From assembly GCA_023356535.1 (NCBI GenBank), contig JAKQYF010000002.1, positions 712-64,711 of the forward strand: 64,000 nucleotides of DNA. The letters are read 5' to 3'. The notes beneath the pieces were generated by a model. That model was not told the DNA's origin, searched no databases, and was given only the letters and a program-made list of their open reading frames with translations. Below, piece after piece: positions 21,297 to 31,156 of the stretch. This DNA is from Trichodesmium sp. MAG_R03 (GTDB taxonomy: Bacteria; Cyanobacteriota; Cyanobacteriia; Cyanobacteriales; Microcoleaceae). Within the stretch, counting starts at the first letter, position 1; the number at the start of each line of letters is the position of its first letter. The position numbers were made by a program, and so were the translations under genes.

Positions 21297-22025
21297 ATGA
21301 ACGACATACAAAAAGCTATAAAAAAAAAGCTAAAATCAAGGGAGCTAATTAAACCAGTCTTAATTTTGTTTGGAGTTGCGACTCTCCTATTTATTGTTAA
21401 TAAATTTTTTAATGCTCAACAACTATTGGAAGATGCCTTAGATTGGATTGATACATTTGGGCCCTGGGCTCCAATAGCTTTTACAATTATCTATATTCTG
21501 GCTACAGTTTTATTCCTGCCTGGTTCACTACTAACCCTTGGCGGCGGTTTCCTCTTTGGCCGCCTTTCTGGTTCTATTTACGTTTCTATTGGCTCAACTA
21601 TAGGTGCAACTTGTGCTTTCTTAGTGGGTCGCTATCTAGCAAGGGATTGGGTTTCCAAAAAAATAGCAGGAAATGAACAATTTAAGGCCATTGATAAAGC
21701 TGTGGGTGATGAGGGATGGAAAATTGTTGGCCTAACTCGCTTATCTCCTATTTTTCCTTTTAACTTGCTTAATTATGCTTTTGGCCTAACTCAAGTTTCT
21801 CTGCGGGACTATTTTTTTGCATCTTGGATTGGAATGATGCCAGGAACAGTAATGTATGTATATCTAGGTTCCTTAGCTGGTAGCTTGGCAACTTTGGGCA
21901 CAGAAGGGCGATCGCGCACTACCGCAGAATGGATTCTCTATGCAGTAGGTTTAATAGCCACAGTTGCTGTAACTGTTTATGTTACTAAAATCGCGAAAAA
22001 AGCTTTACAAAAGAAAATATCCTAA
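21297..22025 (+). CDS. TVP38/TMEM64 (DedA superfamily) membrane protein
   Basis: LFLPGSLLTLGGG, LTRLSPIFPFNLLNYAFG. Confidence 0.9.
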   Translation: MNDIQKAIKKKLKSRELIKPVLILFGVATLLFIVNKFFNAQQLLEDALDWIDTFGPWAPIAFTIIYILATVLFLPGSLLTLGGGFLFGRLSGSIYVSIGSTIGATCAFLVGRYLARDWVSKKIAGNEQFKAIDKAVGDEGWKIVGLTRLSPIFPFNLLNYAFGLTQVSLRDYFFASWIGMMPGTVMYVYLGSLAGSLATLGTEGRSRTTAEWILYAVGLIATVAVTVYVTKIAKKALQKKIS

Positions 22026-22123
22026 TACCAAATTTCAGAAGATGTAACAATACTTTTGAGATTTGGTATAATTAAAAATTATTTTTTAGTAATACTCATA
22101 TTTCTAGAATAAATTGCTAATTT

Positions 22124-22828
22124 ATGACTCTCAAAGTTGTTTTGTTCGATTTTAACGGTGTCATTATTAATGATGAATTGCTGCACGAAAAATTGATAGA
22201 AAAAGTGCTGCTTGAAGAGAATCTGGTCCTTCAGCCAGGAGAATATCGGAAATTTTGTTTAGGAAGAAGTGACAAGGCTGGTTTAGAAAATATAATGATT
22301 CAAAGAGGTAGATATGTTAAGGCAGAGTATTTGCATCAGTTAATTAAACGCAAAAACCTAGATTATCAACAACAGTTAGAAAGTATGGAAAAGTTACCAA
22401 TTTATTTAGATACAGTAGATTTTATTTCTCAGCTTTCTCAAACTAATCTGAAAATGGCTTTGGTTACTGGTGCTGTCCGATCCGAAGTAGAATTAGTATT
22501 AAATAAAGCTAATTTAGCTGATTATTTTAAGGTAATTATTACTGGAGATGATGTCAAGGCAAGTAAACCAGAACCTGATGGTTATTTGTTAGCGGTAGAT
22601 GTTTTAAATCAACAATATATAGACATCAATCTAAAACCTTCGGAATGTTTAGTAATTGAGGATACTTTTCCTGGTATTGAAGCAGCTAAACTAGCAGGAA
22701 TGCCTGTAGTTGCTGTTGCTAATACTTATCCATTTCATATGCTACAACGTTTGGCTAATTGGTGTGTGGATTATCTTTCTGATTTAGAATTGGACAGAGT
22801 ACAAAAAGTTTATCAAGAAGTTGTATAG
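22124..22828 (+). CDS. HAD-superfamily phosphatase (subfamily IA)
   Basis: FDFNGVI, SKPEPDGY, VIEDTFPGIEAA. Confidence 0.88.
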   Translation: MTLKVVLFDFNGVIINDELLHEKLIEKVLLEENLVLQPGEYRKFCLGRSDKAGLENIMIQRGRYVKAEYLHQLIKRKNLDYQQQLESMEKLPIYLDTVDFISQLSQTNLKMALVTGAVRSEVELVLNKANLADYFKVIITGDDVKASKPEPDGYLLAVDVLNQQYIDINLKPSECLVIEDTFPGIEAAKLAGMPVVAVANTYPFHMLQRLANWCVDYLSDLELDRVQKVYQEVV

Positions 22829-22855
22829 AAAAATACTATATTGATCAAAAAAACA

Positions 22856-22960
22856 TACAGCATATTTCGGGTAAATGAGGTAGAGGATAAATTATGAAAA
22901 TATTATAGTGGAGGCATCTTGCCCAAGTAAGTATACCTGACGAAAGTGAAATGCGCTGTA
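22856..22960. mobile_element. Family-B MITE
   Basis: TACAGCATATTTCG ... AAATGCGCTGTA. Confidence 0.75.
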
Positions 22961-23379
22961 TAGTTATAGACTAATTTCAAATTTCAGATAATGAACAAAA
23001 ATGCTGAGAACAAAAACTAAGCACCTAAATAAAATTTTTTCTCTATCCTAATTTGATGTGAAGTATACACTATAGGGAATTCGACCTGAAAAATACTAAT
23101 TATGTTTAAGCCTCTCTATTCTCAGTAGAATTAAGTTATTATTTAGTAAATGTAAAATAATGCTTAAGGAAACATAGGATTGAAGAAATATGTGTATAGG
23201 AATATATATTAATTATCAGCCTTGACAAAAAAATAAGGTCTCAAGCCTCCCCCTTTTAAGGGAATGAAAAAAAATATTCGATTCAGTATTTCAAGTCTCT
23301 GGCTTCAGCGCTCAATACTGATAACTGAAATGACCAATCTCCTAAATAAACACGGGTATTAAATTTATATCGAGGTTAT

Positions 23380-23616
23380 ATGACTCCTGCAATTTTACGT
23401 CAGCTTTGGTCTATAGTAGAAAACTCTCAAGCTACAACCTTAGTATCACTAGATGATGCTACCTTAGTTCAGTTGTTAATCAAACAGTTGAAAACAAAAA
23501 TTGGCATAAATTGTCAAGATGCAGATTTAATCAACGAATATATTCTTTCTCGGTTATCCTTAATTCGGGATTTAGCTGAGGAACGTTTGGGAACTGAGCT
23601 TCCACCACTCTTATAA
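23380..23616 (+). CDS. Conserved cyanobacterial hypothetical protein
   Basis: 78 aa; MTPAILRQLWSIVE...LSLIRDLAEER; GAGG RBS. Confidence 0.75.
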   Translation: MTPAILRQLWSIVENSQATTLVSLDDATLVQLLIKQLKTKIGINCQDADLINEYILSRLSLIRDLAEERLGTELPPLL

Positions 23617-23792
23617 GATTTATGCTGAAGTTGAAAGTCAAACATTAACTGATTTACAGTTTTAGCTGTATCAGTCCAGTAGAAATAAATATGACTTGGT
23701 ACTTTTAACTGTCATAGAAAGTTAACATATTGTGAGATTATGGTAACCTTGAATAGATTATTTTTTTCAAAACAAAAAAATTATTATCAACT

Positions 23793-24860
23793 ATGAAAAA
23801 ATGGGGATCTATAATAGTAGCTGTGTTGATGTTAACACCAATTACAGCGTGTGAGGATGGAGGTACACCAGACCAAACAGAAGCTACTAAAAAAACTCAA
23901 CAAGTTACCAGTCGTTCAGATATTGTGAAAAATCGCGGTAAACTAATCTGCGGTGTTGAAGGGGGTATTCCTGGATTCAGTTATGTAGACCAGAATGGTA
24001 ATTACTCAGGAATAGATGTAGATATCTGTAAGGCAGTAGCTGCAGCATTATTTGATAACCCAAACGCAGTAGAATATCGTAACTTAGATTCAACGGAGCG
24101 TTTTACTGCTCTTAACGGCGGGGAAGTAGATATGCTTTCAAGAAACACAACATGGACTATTAGTCGAGATACCAATGTTGGTCTAGAGTTTGCCCCTACT
24201 ACATTTTATGATGGTCAAGGCATGATGGTTCGTGCTGATAGTGGGGTGAAATCTTTAGAGGACTTGCAAGACAAATCAATTTGTGTCGAAGCAGGTACAA
24301 CCACAGAATTGAACTTAACAGATAATCTTCGCCAACGAAATGTGGAAGCTGAGACACTAACGTTTCAACAAGCAGACCCAGCTTATGCAGCTTATGCTGA
24401 AGGGCGTTGTGATGGGATGACTTCTGATAAGTCTCAATTATTGAGTCGCCGTAGTACCCTACCAAGTCCAAATGATCATGTTATTCTAGACGTTACTATG
24501 TCCAAGGAGCCTTTGGGCCCAGTAACAAAAAATAATGATTCAGCTTGGTTTGATATAGTAAAATGGGTTACTTATGCTTTAATAGAAGCTGAAGAGTTAG
24601 GTATTACCCAAGCAAATGTAGATGACCTGAAGCAAAATTCCGAGGATCCTACAATCAGACGCTTTCTAGGAGTAGATGGAGACCTGGGTGAAGGTTTGGG
24701 TTTAAGTAATGATTTTGCTTATAGAGTAATTAAGAATGTTGGTAACTACGGTGAAGTCTATAATCGTAACTTAGGTGAAGAATCTCAATTTAAGTTACCT
24801 CGGGGTATGAATGATTTATGGACTAATGATGGTTTACTTTATTCTCCTCCGTTTCGCTAG
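23793..24860 (+). CDS. aapJ: Polar amino-acid ABC transporter substrate-binding lipoprotein (AapJ/BztA/NatF type)
   Basis: Lipobox ITAC; RGKLICGV, LSRNTTWT, YDGQG, SKEPLGP, YSPPFR. Confidence 0.9.
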   Translation: MKKWGSIIVAVLMLTPITACEDGGTPDQTEATKKTQQVTSRSDIVKNRGKLICGVEGGIPGFSYVDQNGNYSGIDVDICKAVAAALFDNPNAVEYRNLDSTERFTALNGGEVDMLSRNTTWTISRDTNVGLEFAPTTFYDGQGMMVRADSGVKSLEDLQDKSICVEAGTTTELNLTDNLRQRNVEAETLTFQQADPAYAAYAEGRCDGMTSDKSQLLSRRSTLPSPNDHVILDVTMSKEPLGPVTKNNDSAWFDIVKWVTYALIEAEELGITQANVDDLKQNSEDPTIRRFLGVDGDLGEGLGLSNDFAYRVIKNVGNYGEVYNRNLGEESQFKLPRGMNDLWTNDGLLYSPPFR

Positions 24861-25029
24861 GTATCTAAAAAAGTAAAGATTTGGGAATTATATCGATCCT
24901 CAATTTCCCAAATCTTCAAAAAATTTGGTACCTTTATAGATTGTCGAGTAGAATTAGAAATTAATTAGCGAAATCTCTGATACATAATCTATTAACCAAG
25001 TGCAACATTTAACCTATTCAAATCTATGC

Positions 25030-25107
25030 AACTTTTTAAAGTTACATAATGACATATTAGGAGCTTTGAAAAGGTTTATTAAGGTTTTTGTTCAACTATT
25101 ACTACTC
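25030..25107. repeat. Inverted copy of the 16735-16811 repeat
   Basis: Direct sequence comparison. Confidence 0.7.
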
Positions 25108-25645
25108 ATAAGTTGTTTTTCTAACGGCAGTTTTGAATAACCCTCCCAAAAAATTCGCCCATCAAGGCAAGATTTTAGAATTAATTATTTTGATTAAGTA
25201 GATTGGCATACATATAAAAATAGAAACTATATAGAAACTATGCAGAAGTTGAGAGATTTGCTCTTGATAACTTCGCTTGTTTTTACTTGCTGAAAAATTG
25301 TCAAAATTCTCCTTCAGCAAACAAGTTAGTTAGATATTTTTAAGCAGTTGTAGTAGCTTTATTCTAATTGCTGACTTCTGACTTCTGACTTATAGAAAGA
25401 GCATTATATAGCCTAGATATGAATTATAAATATTTGCTATTTACACAACTTTTTTCTTAACCATTGATTATATAACGCATTCCAGGTTTATGAAGTATAG
25501 TGACACTAACTTTTTAAATAGTTTTTAAAGTATAGAACTAAGTTTTCATTATTATTAAGGAAATCTACTACAATCACTGTACTACAATTACATGGAATAG
25601 GTTGTAACTACTACTACTTACTTTCTAATTCCTACTCCCTAAAAA

Positions 25646-26812
25646 ATGATTGACGACAAAAATCAAAAAATTCCCCTATGGCGAGATAATAGATTCTGGC
25701 ATATTGCCTTACAAGTTTTTGCCATAATAGTTTTTGTTGCGGTTGTATATATAATGATTAGCAACCTCAGTCAAAATTTAGCACAACAAGGCACGAAATT
25801 TGGCTTCAGTTTCCTAGACAATGAAGCAGGATTTAGTATTAGTGAAAGTTTGATTCCTTACCAAGCAAATGACCCCTATACCCAAGTATTATTAGCAGGT
25901 TTAATTAATTCTCTGCGAGTAATGATTTTAGGAATTTTCTTCACAACAATAGTGGGAATAGTGGCAGGCATCGCTAGTTTTTCTGAGAATTGGCTATTGC
26001 GAAACTTGAATCGAGTTTATGTGGAAGTTGTCAGAAATACTCCCCTATTATTACAATTATTTTTCTGGTATTTTGCTATTTTTTTCAATTTACCATTACC
26101 TCAAGAAAAATTAGAATTACCAGGACCAATATTTATGAGTAAACGAGGAATAGCTATTCCTTGGCCGGAAAATACTGTGAATGTTTGGTTATGGTTAATA
26201 GTTTTGTTTTTAGGAGTTATCGCTGCTATATTTATTTGGCAATGGCGAAATAAATTAATGACAGAAAAAGCAGCATCTGGTCAACCACAACTTATAGCTT
26301 TAATTACCATAGGAATTATGGAGCTATTGATTATCATATTTGCTTTGGGCTGGCAAGAACCTATAGCAAAAGAAACAGGAGGCACAGAAGGAGGATTAAA
26401 TTTAACATTAGAAATCTCAGCTTTATTAGTAGGATTAGTATTTTATACAGGTGCTTTTATTGCTGAAATTGTTCGTTCTGGGATTCAAGCAGTGCCAAAA
26501 GGGCAATGGGAAGCAGCCAAATCTTTAGGACTAAAGTCTGGTTTAGTAATGAGATTAGTTATTTTTCCTCAAGCATTACGGGTGATGATTCCGTCATTAA
26601 ATAGTCAATATATGAACTTAGCTAAAAACTCTAGTTTAGCAATAGCTATCGGTTATCCAGATTTATATGCTGTAGCTAATACTACTTATAATCAAACAGG
26701 TCGTCCAGTAGAAGTATTTATTTTAATTATGGTGGTTTATCTTGCCATAAATTTGATAATTTCAGTATCTATGAATTTATTGAATAAAAGTGTTCAATTA
26801 AAAGAAAGATAA
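25646..26812 (+). CDS. aapQ: Amino-acid ABC transporter permease (AapQ/BztB/NatG type)
   Basis: RNTPLLLQLFFW, AEIVRSGIQAVPKGQWEAA, KNSSLAIAIGYPDL. Confidence 0.9.
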   Translation: MIDDKNQKIPLWRDNRFWHIALQVFAIIVFVAVVYIMISNLSQNLAQQGTKFGFSFLDNEAGFSISESLIPYQANDPYTQVLLAGLINSLRVMILGIFFTTIVGIVAGIASFSENWLLRNLNRVYVEVVRNTPLLLQLFFWYFAIFFNLPLPQEKLELPGPIFMSKRGIAIPWPENTVNVWLWLIVLFLGVIAAIFIWQWRNKLMTEKAASGQPQLIALITIGIMELLIIIFALGWQEPIAKETGGTEGGLNLTLEISALLVGLVFYTGAFIAEIVRSGIQAVPKGQWEAAKSLGLKSGLVMRLVIFPQALRVMIPSLNSQYMNLAKNSSLAIAIGYPDLYAVANTTYNQTGRPVEVFILIMVVYLAINLIISVSMNLLNKSVQLKER

Positions 26813-26919
26813 TAGAGTATATTTCGGACAAATGAGGTACAAGTTTGAAGAGTAAAAATATTGTGGTATCCGTATCTTAAACAAAAAATGTTTACCTCAT
26901 AATAACGGCTAGTACTGTA
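26813..26919. mobile_element. Family-B MITE abutting the aapQ stop codon
   Basis: TAGAGTATATTTCGG ... GCTAGTACTGTA. Confidence 0.6.
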
Positions 26920-27271
26920 AAATTCAAAAGTCAAACAAAGGGGAAATAATGGGGGGCTGACTTTTAAATGCCGTTAGTTAGTAATTATTAAAAAAGTTAT
27001 TTAGCCCATGTTCATTAGGAATAAGCATTTTATTATCTACACTAGTTAAATTGCCTAAACTCCCTATCATCTGAGTTCTTTCAAAAAAATTATTGACTTT
27101 ATTTAATTCTCATTCTTTACTTAATAATTGAAGTACAACCTAGGTATAGCATTACTTTTGATAATTATAATAACACCTATTACTGAAAATGTTAGGTTTC
27201 GGTTACTCAAGCAAACCTAGACAATGTAAGGAAAATACATAGCTATTGCTAAAAATGCCTCAAACTCTAGA

Positions 27272-27364
27272 TATAGTCATTTTAAATAAGAGTGAGACTA
27301 TTTTTCGCCTGAAATACTTTCATAGCAAGAAACACTTGTCTCAATCTAAAGTGAAACAACTATA
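27272..27364. mobile_element. TA-flanked MITE with long imperfect TIRs
   Basis: TATAGTCATTTTAAATAAGAGTGAGAC ... GTCTCAATCTAAAGTGAAACAACTATA. Confidence 0.5.
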
Positions 27365-27458
27365 TATCATGAAACAAGTTGATTAAGTGTAAAGTAATTA
27401 AAATATCAGAGTTTGATTCTATTTAACATATTTTTGGCCAAAGTAACGTTATGAATTT

Positions 27459-28670
27459 ATGAAAACAATTAATACAAATAAATCCTCTGCTCCACCATTT
27501 CCAGAAAATAATCCCATAGAATGGCTCAGAAAAAATTTTTTTAGTACCTCCTACAACAGCTTACTAAGCCTAATATTATTCAGCCTAATTTTCTGGGGCA
27601 TAACTAATTTTATTTCCTGGGCAACAACAGAAGCAGAATGGCAGGTAATAAAAGTTAACTTGCCATTATTAATGGTGGGCAGATATCCTAGAGACCAATA
27701 TTGGCGCATCTGGTTAATAGCCGGTATCATTTCTAGTTTCTCTGGTTTTTCTTGGGGAGTTATTGCTAGAAACTCAGCTACACTATTTAAATTGCCAGTA
27801 TTAATTTTTATCGCTGTTTTGCCTGTAATTATATTTTTGATTCCAGTAAATGTAACTTTTAAACTATTACTATTAGGAATCGTGATTTTAGTTATTGTTA
27901 CAGCCTGGATAGGAAAAAAATTAGGTAGAAAAAAGAGCAACTTAGGTAAATATCTATCTTTTTCTTGGTTAATTGCTTTTCTATTAATTATCTGGTTTAT
28001 TGGGGGCGGGTTAGGTTTAAAAGCTGTATCTACAAATGACTGGGGTGGTTTAATGCTAACTATATTAATGGCTGTAATTAGCATTTTTTTATCTTTTCCA
28101 TTGGGAGTTTTATTAGCCTTAGGTAGACAAAGTACATTGTCAGTAATGAGAATATTTTCTATTGGTTATATTGAAATTATTCGTGGATTACCTTTAATTT
28201 CAATTCTATTTATGGGGCAAATTATGATTCCTCTATTTCTGCCAGATGGAATGCGACCTGATAGAATTCTACGGGCAATTTTAGGATTAACTTTATTCAG
28301 TTCTGCTTATTTAGCAGAGAATGTTAGGGGCGGTTTGCAATCTATACCTAGAGGTCAAACTGAAGCAGCAAAAGCATTAGGTTTAAATACTCCATTAAGT
28401 TTAGGATTGATTGTTTTACCTCAAGCTTTAAAAGTAGCTATTCCTTCCATTGTTGGTCAATTTATTAGTCTATTTCAGGATACAACCTTATTATCAATTG
28501 TTGGATTAATAGAGTTGTTGGGTATTAGTCGTTCGATTTTAGCTCAACCTCAATTTTTAGGAGATTATGCCGAGGTTTATTTACTTGATGGTGCACTTTT
28601 TTGGATTATTTGTTATGCTATGTCAGTCGGTAGTAGGCAGTTGGAGAAAAAATTCAATACTACTCATTAA
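27459..28670 (+). CDS. aapM: Amino-acid ABC transporter permease (AapM/BztC/NatH type)
   Basis: WGGLMLT, IRGLPLISILF, AENVRGGLQSIPRGQ, FQDTTL. Confidence 0.9.
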   Translation: MKTINTNKSSAPPFPENNPIEWLRKNFFSTSYNSLLSLILFSLIFWGITNFISWATTEAEWQVIKVNLPLLMVGRYPRDQYWRIWLIAGIISSFSGFSWGVIARNSATLFKLPVLIFIAVLPVIIFLIPVNVTFKLLLLGIVILVIVTAWIGKKLGRKKSNLGKYLSFSWLIAFLLIIWFIGGGLGLKAVSTNDWGGLMLTILMAVISIFLSFPLGVLLALGRQSTLSVMRIFSIGYIEIIRGLPLISILFMGQIMIPLFLPDGMRPDRILRAILGLTLFSSAYLAENVRGGLQSIPRGQTEAAKALGLNTPLSLGLIVLPQALKVAIPSIVGQFISLFQDTTLLSIVGLIELLGISRSILAQPQFLGDYAEVYLLDGALFWIICYAMSVGSRQLEKKFNTTH

Positions 28671-28850
28671 TTATAGCTATCAGGTATCAGCTCAAGTCAA
28701 AACTATTACTTGTAAAGGATTTAAATTTTATCTCAACGTTGCTTGAAGATCTGTGCTCTCCCTACCAGAGAGCTAGACCATGAAAACAAATTAATAGAAG
28801 ATATGATATAATTAACCTTCTTTCCTCAACTTAACCTACCATTAACTGAA

Positions 28851-29633
28851 ATGAAAATGACACAGGCAGAAACGCAAAAAACAGAAACAGTAATAGACGG
28901 GGATATAGGAATTATTGCCACAGATGTTCAGAAATGGTACAATAACAATTTTCATGTTCTCCGTGGAGTAAGTCTCACAGTAAAACGTGGAGAAGTATTG
29001 GTAATTATGGGGCCAAGTGGCTCAGGTAAATCGACTTTTATCCGCACTTTCAATGCTCTAGAGGAATTTCAAAAAGGTAGTATTATTGTTGATGGTATTA
29101 ATTTGTCTCACGATTTGAAAAATATTGAGGCTATTAGACGGGAAGTGGGGATGGTATTTCAGCAGTTTAATTTATTCCCTCACCTCACAGTTTTGCAAAA
29201 TGTGACCTTAGCTCCTATCTGGGTTCGCCGATGGCCAAAGGTTAAGGCGGAGGAAGTAGCAATGCAACTTTTGGAAAGAGTCGGTATTTTAGAACAGGCA
29301 AAGAAATTCCCTGGTCAACTTTCGGGGGGTCAGCAACAAAGGGTGGCGATCGCTCGTGCTTTAGCGATGCAACCGAAAATTATGTTATTTGACGAACCAA
29401 CTTCAGCATTAGACCCGGAGATGGTACGGGAAGTTTTGGATGTGATGCATAGTTTAGCAAAGTCGGGAATGACCATGGTAGTGGTGACTCATGAGGTAGG
29501 GTTTGCAAGGGAGGTGGCAGATAGAATTGTGTTAATGGCGGATGGTTTATTGGTAGAGGAGGCGACCCCGGAGGAATTTTTCCAAAACCCCAAGGAAGAG
29601 CGTACCCGCAAGTTTTTGTCACAGATATTGTAG
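28851..29633 (+). CDS. aapP: Amino-acid ABC transporter ATP-binding protein (AapP/BztD type)
   Basis: [28 protein letters not shown]. Confidence 0.93.
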   Translation: MKMTQAETQKTETVIDGDIGIIATDVQKWYNNNFHVLRGVSLTVKRGEVLVIMGPSGSGKSTFIRTFNALEEFQKGSIIVDGINLSHDLKNIEAIRREVGMVFQQFNLFPHLTVLQNVTLAPIWVRRWPKVKAEEVAMQLLERVGILEQAKKFPGQLSGGQQQRVAIARALAMQPKIMLFDEPTSALDPEMVREVLDVMHSLAKSGMTMVVVTHEVGFAREVADRIVLMADGLLVEEATPEEFFQNPKEERTRKFLSQIL

Positions 29634-29643
29634 AGCTAGTTTA

Positions 29644-30249
29644 ATGGCCAACAATAAGATTATAGACAATATTTGGCTAGAACGCCCATCTCCTCAAGTT
29701 GCTCCAGAATTAATAGGCTGTACCTTGGTTCGACAAATATCCGACGACCAAATTATCCGCAGCACAATAGTAGAAACCGAAGCCTATGCACCAGGAGACC
29801 CTGCTTGTCACGCTTATCATAGACGTACCCCACGAAATACTGTGATGTTTGGTCCTCCAGGAATGAGCTATGTTTTTCTAATTTACGGGATGTACCACTG
29901 CCTAAATATTGTCACAGATGTAGATGGGATGCCTAGTGTTGTCTTAATTCGAGCTTTACAATTAGAGTCTATGCCAAATTGGTTGTGGGAATATATTCCA
30001 AAACAAAAATCAAAACCTAAAATTTCTCGTTTGGCTGCGGGACCTGGTAAGCTTTGTCGTTTGCTTAATATAGACCTGAGTTTGAATGGTTCGCCTTTAA
30101 AAGTGGGACAACCTATATGGTTAGAACAGCGATCGCCCCAATTTCAGGCAAATTTACAAATAGTACAAACAACTCGTATTGGCATTACAAAAGGAACTGA
30201 TTTACCTTGGCGTTGGTATTTAGCTAACTGTGATGCTGTTTCTAAATAG
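29644..30249 (+). CDS. mpg: DNA-3-methyladenine glycosylase (AAG/MPG)
   Basis: [39 protein letters not shown]. Confidence 0.93.
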   Translation: MANNKIIDNIWLERPSPQVAPELIGCTLVRQISDDQIIRSTIVETEAYAPGDPACHAYHRRTPRNTVMFGPPGMSYVFLIYGMYHCLNIVTDVDGMPSVVLIRALQLESMPNWLWEYIPKQKSKPKISRLAAGPGKLCRLLNIDLSLNGSPLKVGQPIWLEQRSPQFQANLQIVQTTRIGITKGTDLPWRWYLANCDAVSK

Positions 30250-30310
30250 AGTAGGATCAAAAAGTATGCATGGGTTCGCAGAAGAGTCATTTCAGTATTT
30301 AGTTTGAGAC

Positions 30311-30339
30311 TTGCTATATTTCCTTGGATAATGTATAAT
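30311..30339 (+). promoter_or_regulatory. Putative tRNA-Cys promoter
   Basis: TTGCTA-17 bp-TATAAT, 20 nt upstream of the tRNA. Confidence 0.55.
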
Positions 30340-30359
30340 TAATTTAAGTAATTAAAAGT

Positions 30360-30431
30360 GGCGGCATGGCCAAGTGGTAAGGCAAGGGTCTGCAAAATCC
30401 TTATCCCCCAGTTCGAATCTGGGTGCCGCCT
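30360..30431 (+). tRNA. trnC: tRNA-Cys(GCA)
   Basis: GGCGGCA/TGCCGCC acceptor stem, AGGGT-CTGCAAA-ATCCT anticodon arm, GTTCGAATC T-loop; CCA not encoded. Confidence 0.97.
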
Positions 30432-30556
30432 TTCGCTTTAGTTATAACTAATTAGGGCTTGCTGAAAAAGTCTGAAAACAGCTTACTTGTGATTCAAAGA
30501 CAAGTGATAATAATTTTTTGATGATCATCATTCATTCAAATATAAGTTGAGATGAT

Positions 30557-30671
30557 TACAGTGCTTTTCAAATTGATGAACTACATCGCCATAACCAAAG
30601 CCTTGTAGAGACGTTCGCATTTTTGTTATGCAACGTCCCTACTGTGGTCTACCGACATGAAAACTGCTGTA
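30557..30671. mobile_element. Nested family-B-like MITE with REP-like hairpin
   Basis: TACAGTGCTTTTC ... GAAAACTGCTGTA. Confidence 0.65.
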
Positions 30672-30867
30672 AACTAGCCATCACTACCCAAGGATTTTCT
30701 GGGGATAATTGGCCATTGAACGGCAGTTCAAAATTTTCTGGTGCAGTGTCACGTTGACCTACTTTTCTGTACATGGTGTGTGCATTATAGATACCTGGTT
30801 TTTGGTCTATTTTAGCTGAAAATTGTATCCAATTTCTGATGAAAAATATCTCAAATCATTACTGTGT

Positions 30868-30973
30868 AATACCATTTCTTTGCAACAATGCGCTTAATAA
30901 TTCTTCGCTAGACCTAAATTTTACTGGTAGCTGTTATCTATTATTAAGCGGAACTTCATGGAGAAATGGTATA
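30868..30973. mobile_element. Nested MITE
   Basis: ATACCATTTCT ... AGAAATGGTAT TIRs. Confidence 0.65.
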
Positions 30974-31000
30974 AGTTTTTTAGATTTATTCAGCAAACCC

Positions 31001-31148
31001 TAAATAAATTAGGGAGAAATAGGGGCGAACGGCCGTTTTGCTTGCGCATACTTCGTTAACGCTGCGGGACATCAACGCCCCTACAGGAGTCAGGAGGGAA
31101 GAGGAAGAAGTTTTTTGAACACTAATTATTCGGACATGATATAAGTCC
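31001..31148. repeat. Family-D repeat copy 2
   Basis: Matches 16081-16227. Confidence 0.8.
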
Positions 31149-31156
31149 TAATAATG

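Larger units (their letters stand above)
30453..31002. mobile_element. 550-bp non-coding IS derivative containing nested MITEs
   Basis: TIRs TAGGGCTTGCTGAA / TTCAGCAAACCCTA. Similar right ends occur at ~3078-3093 and ~37501-37516. Confidence 0.65.
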
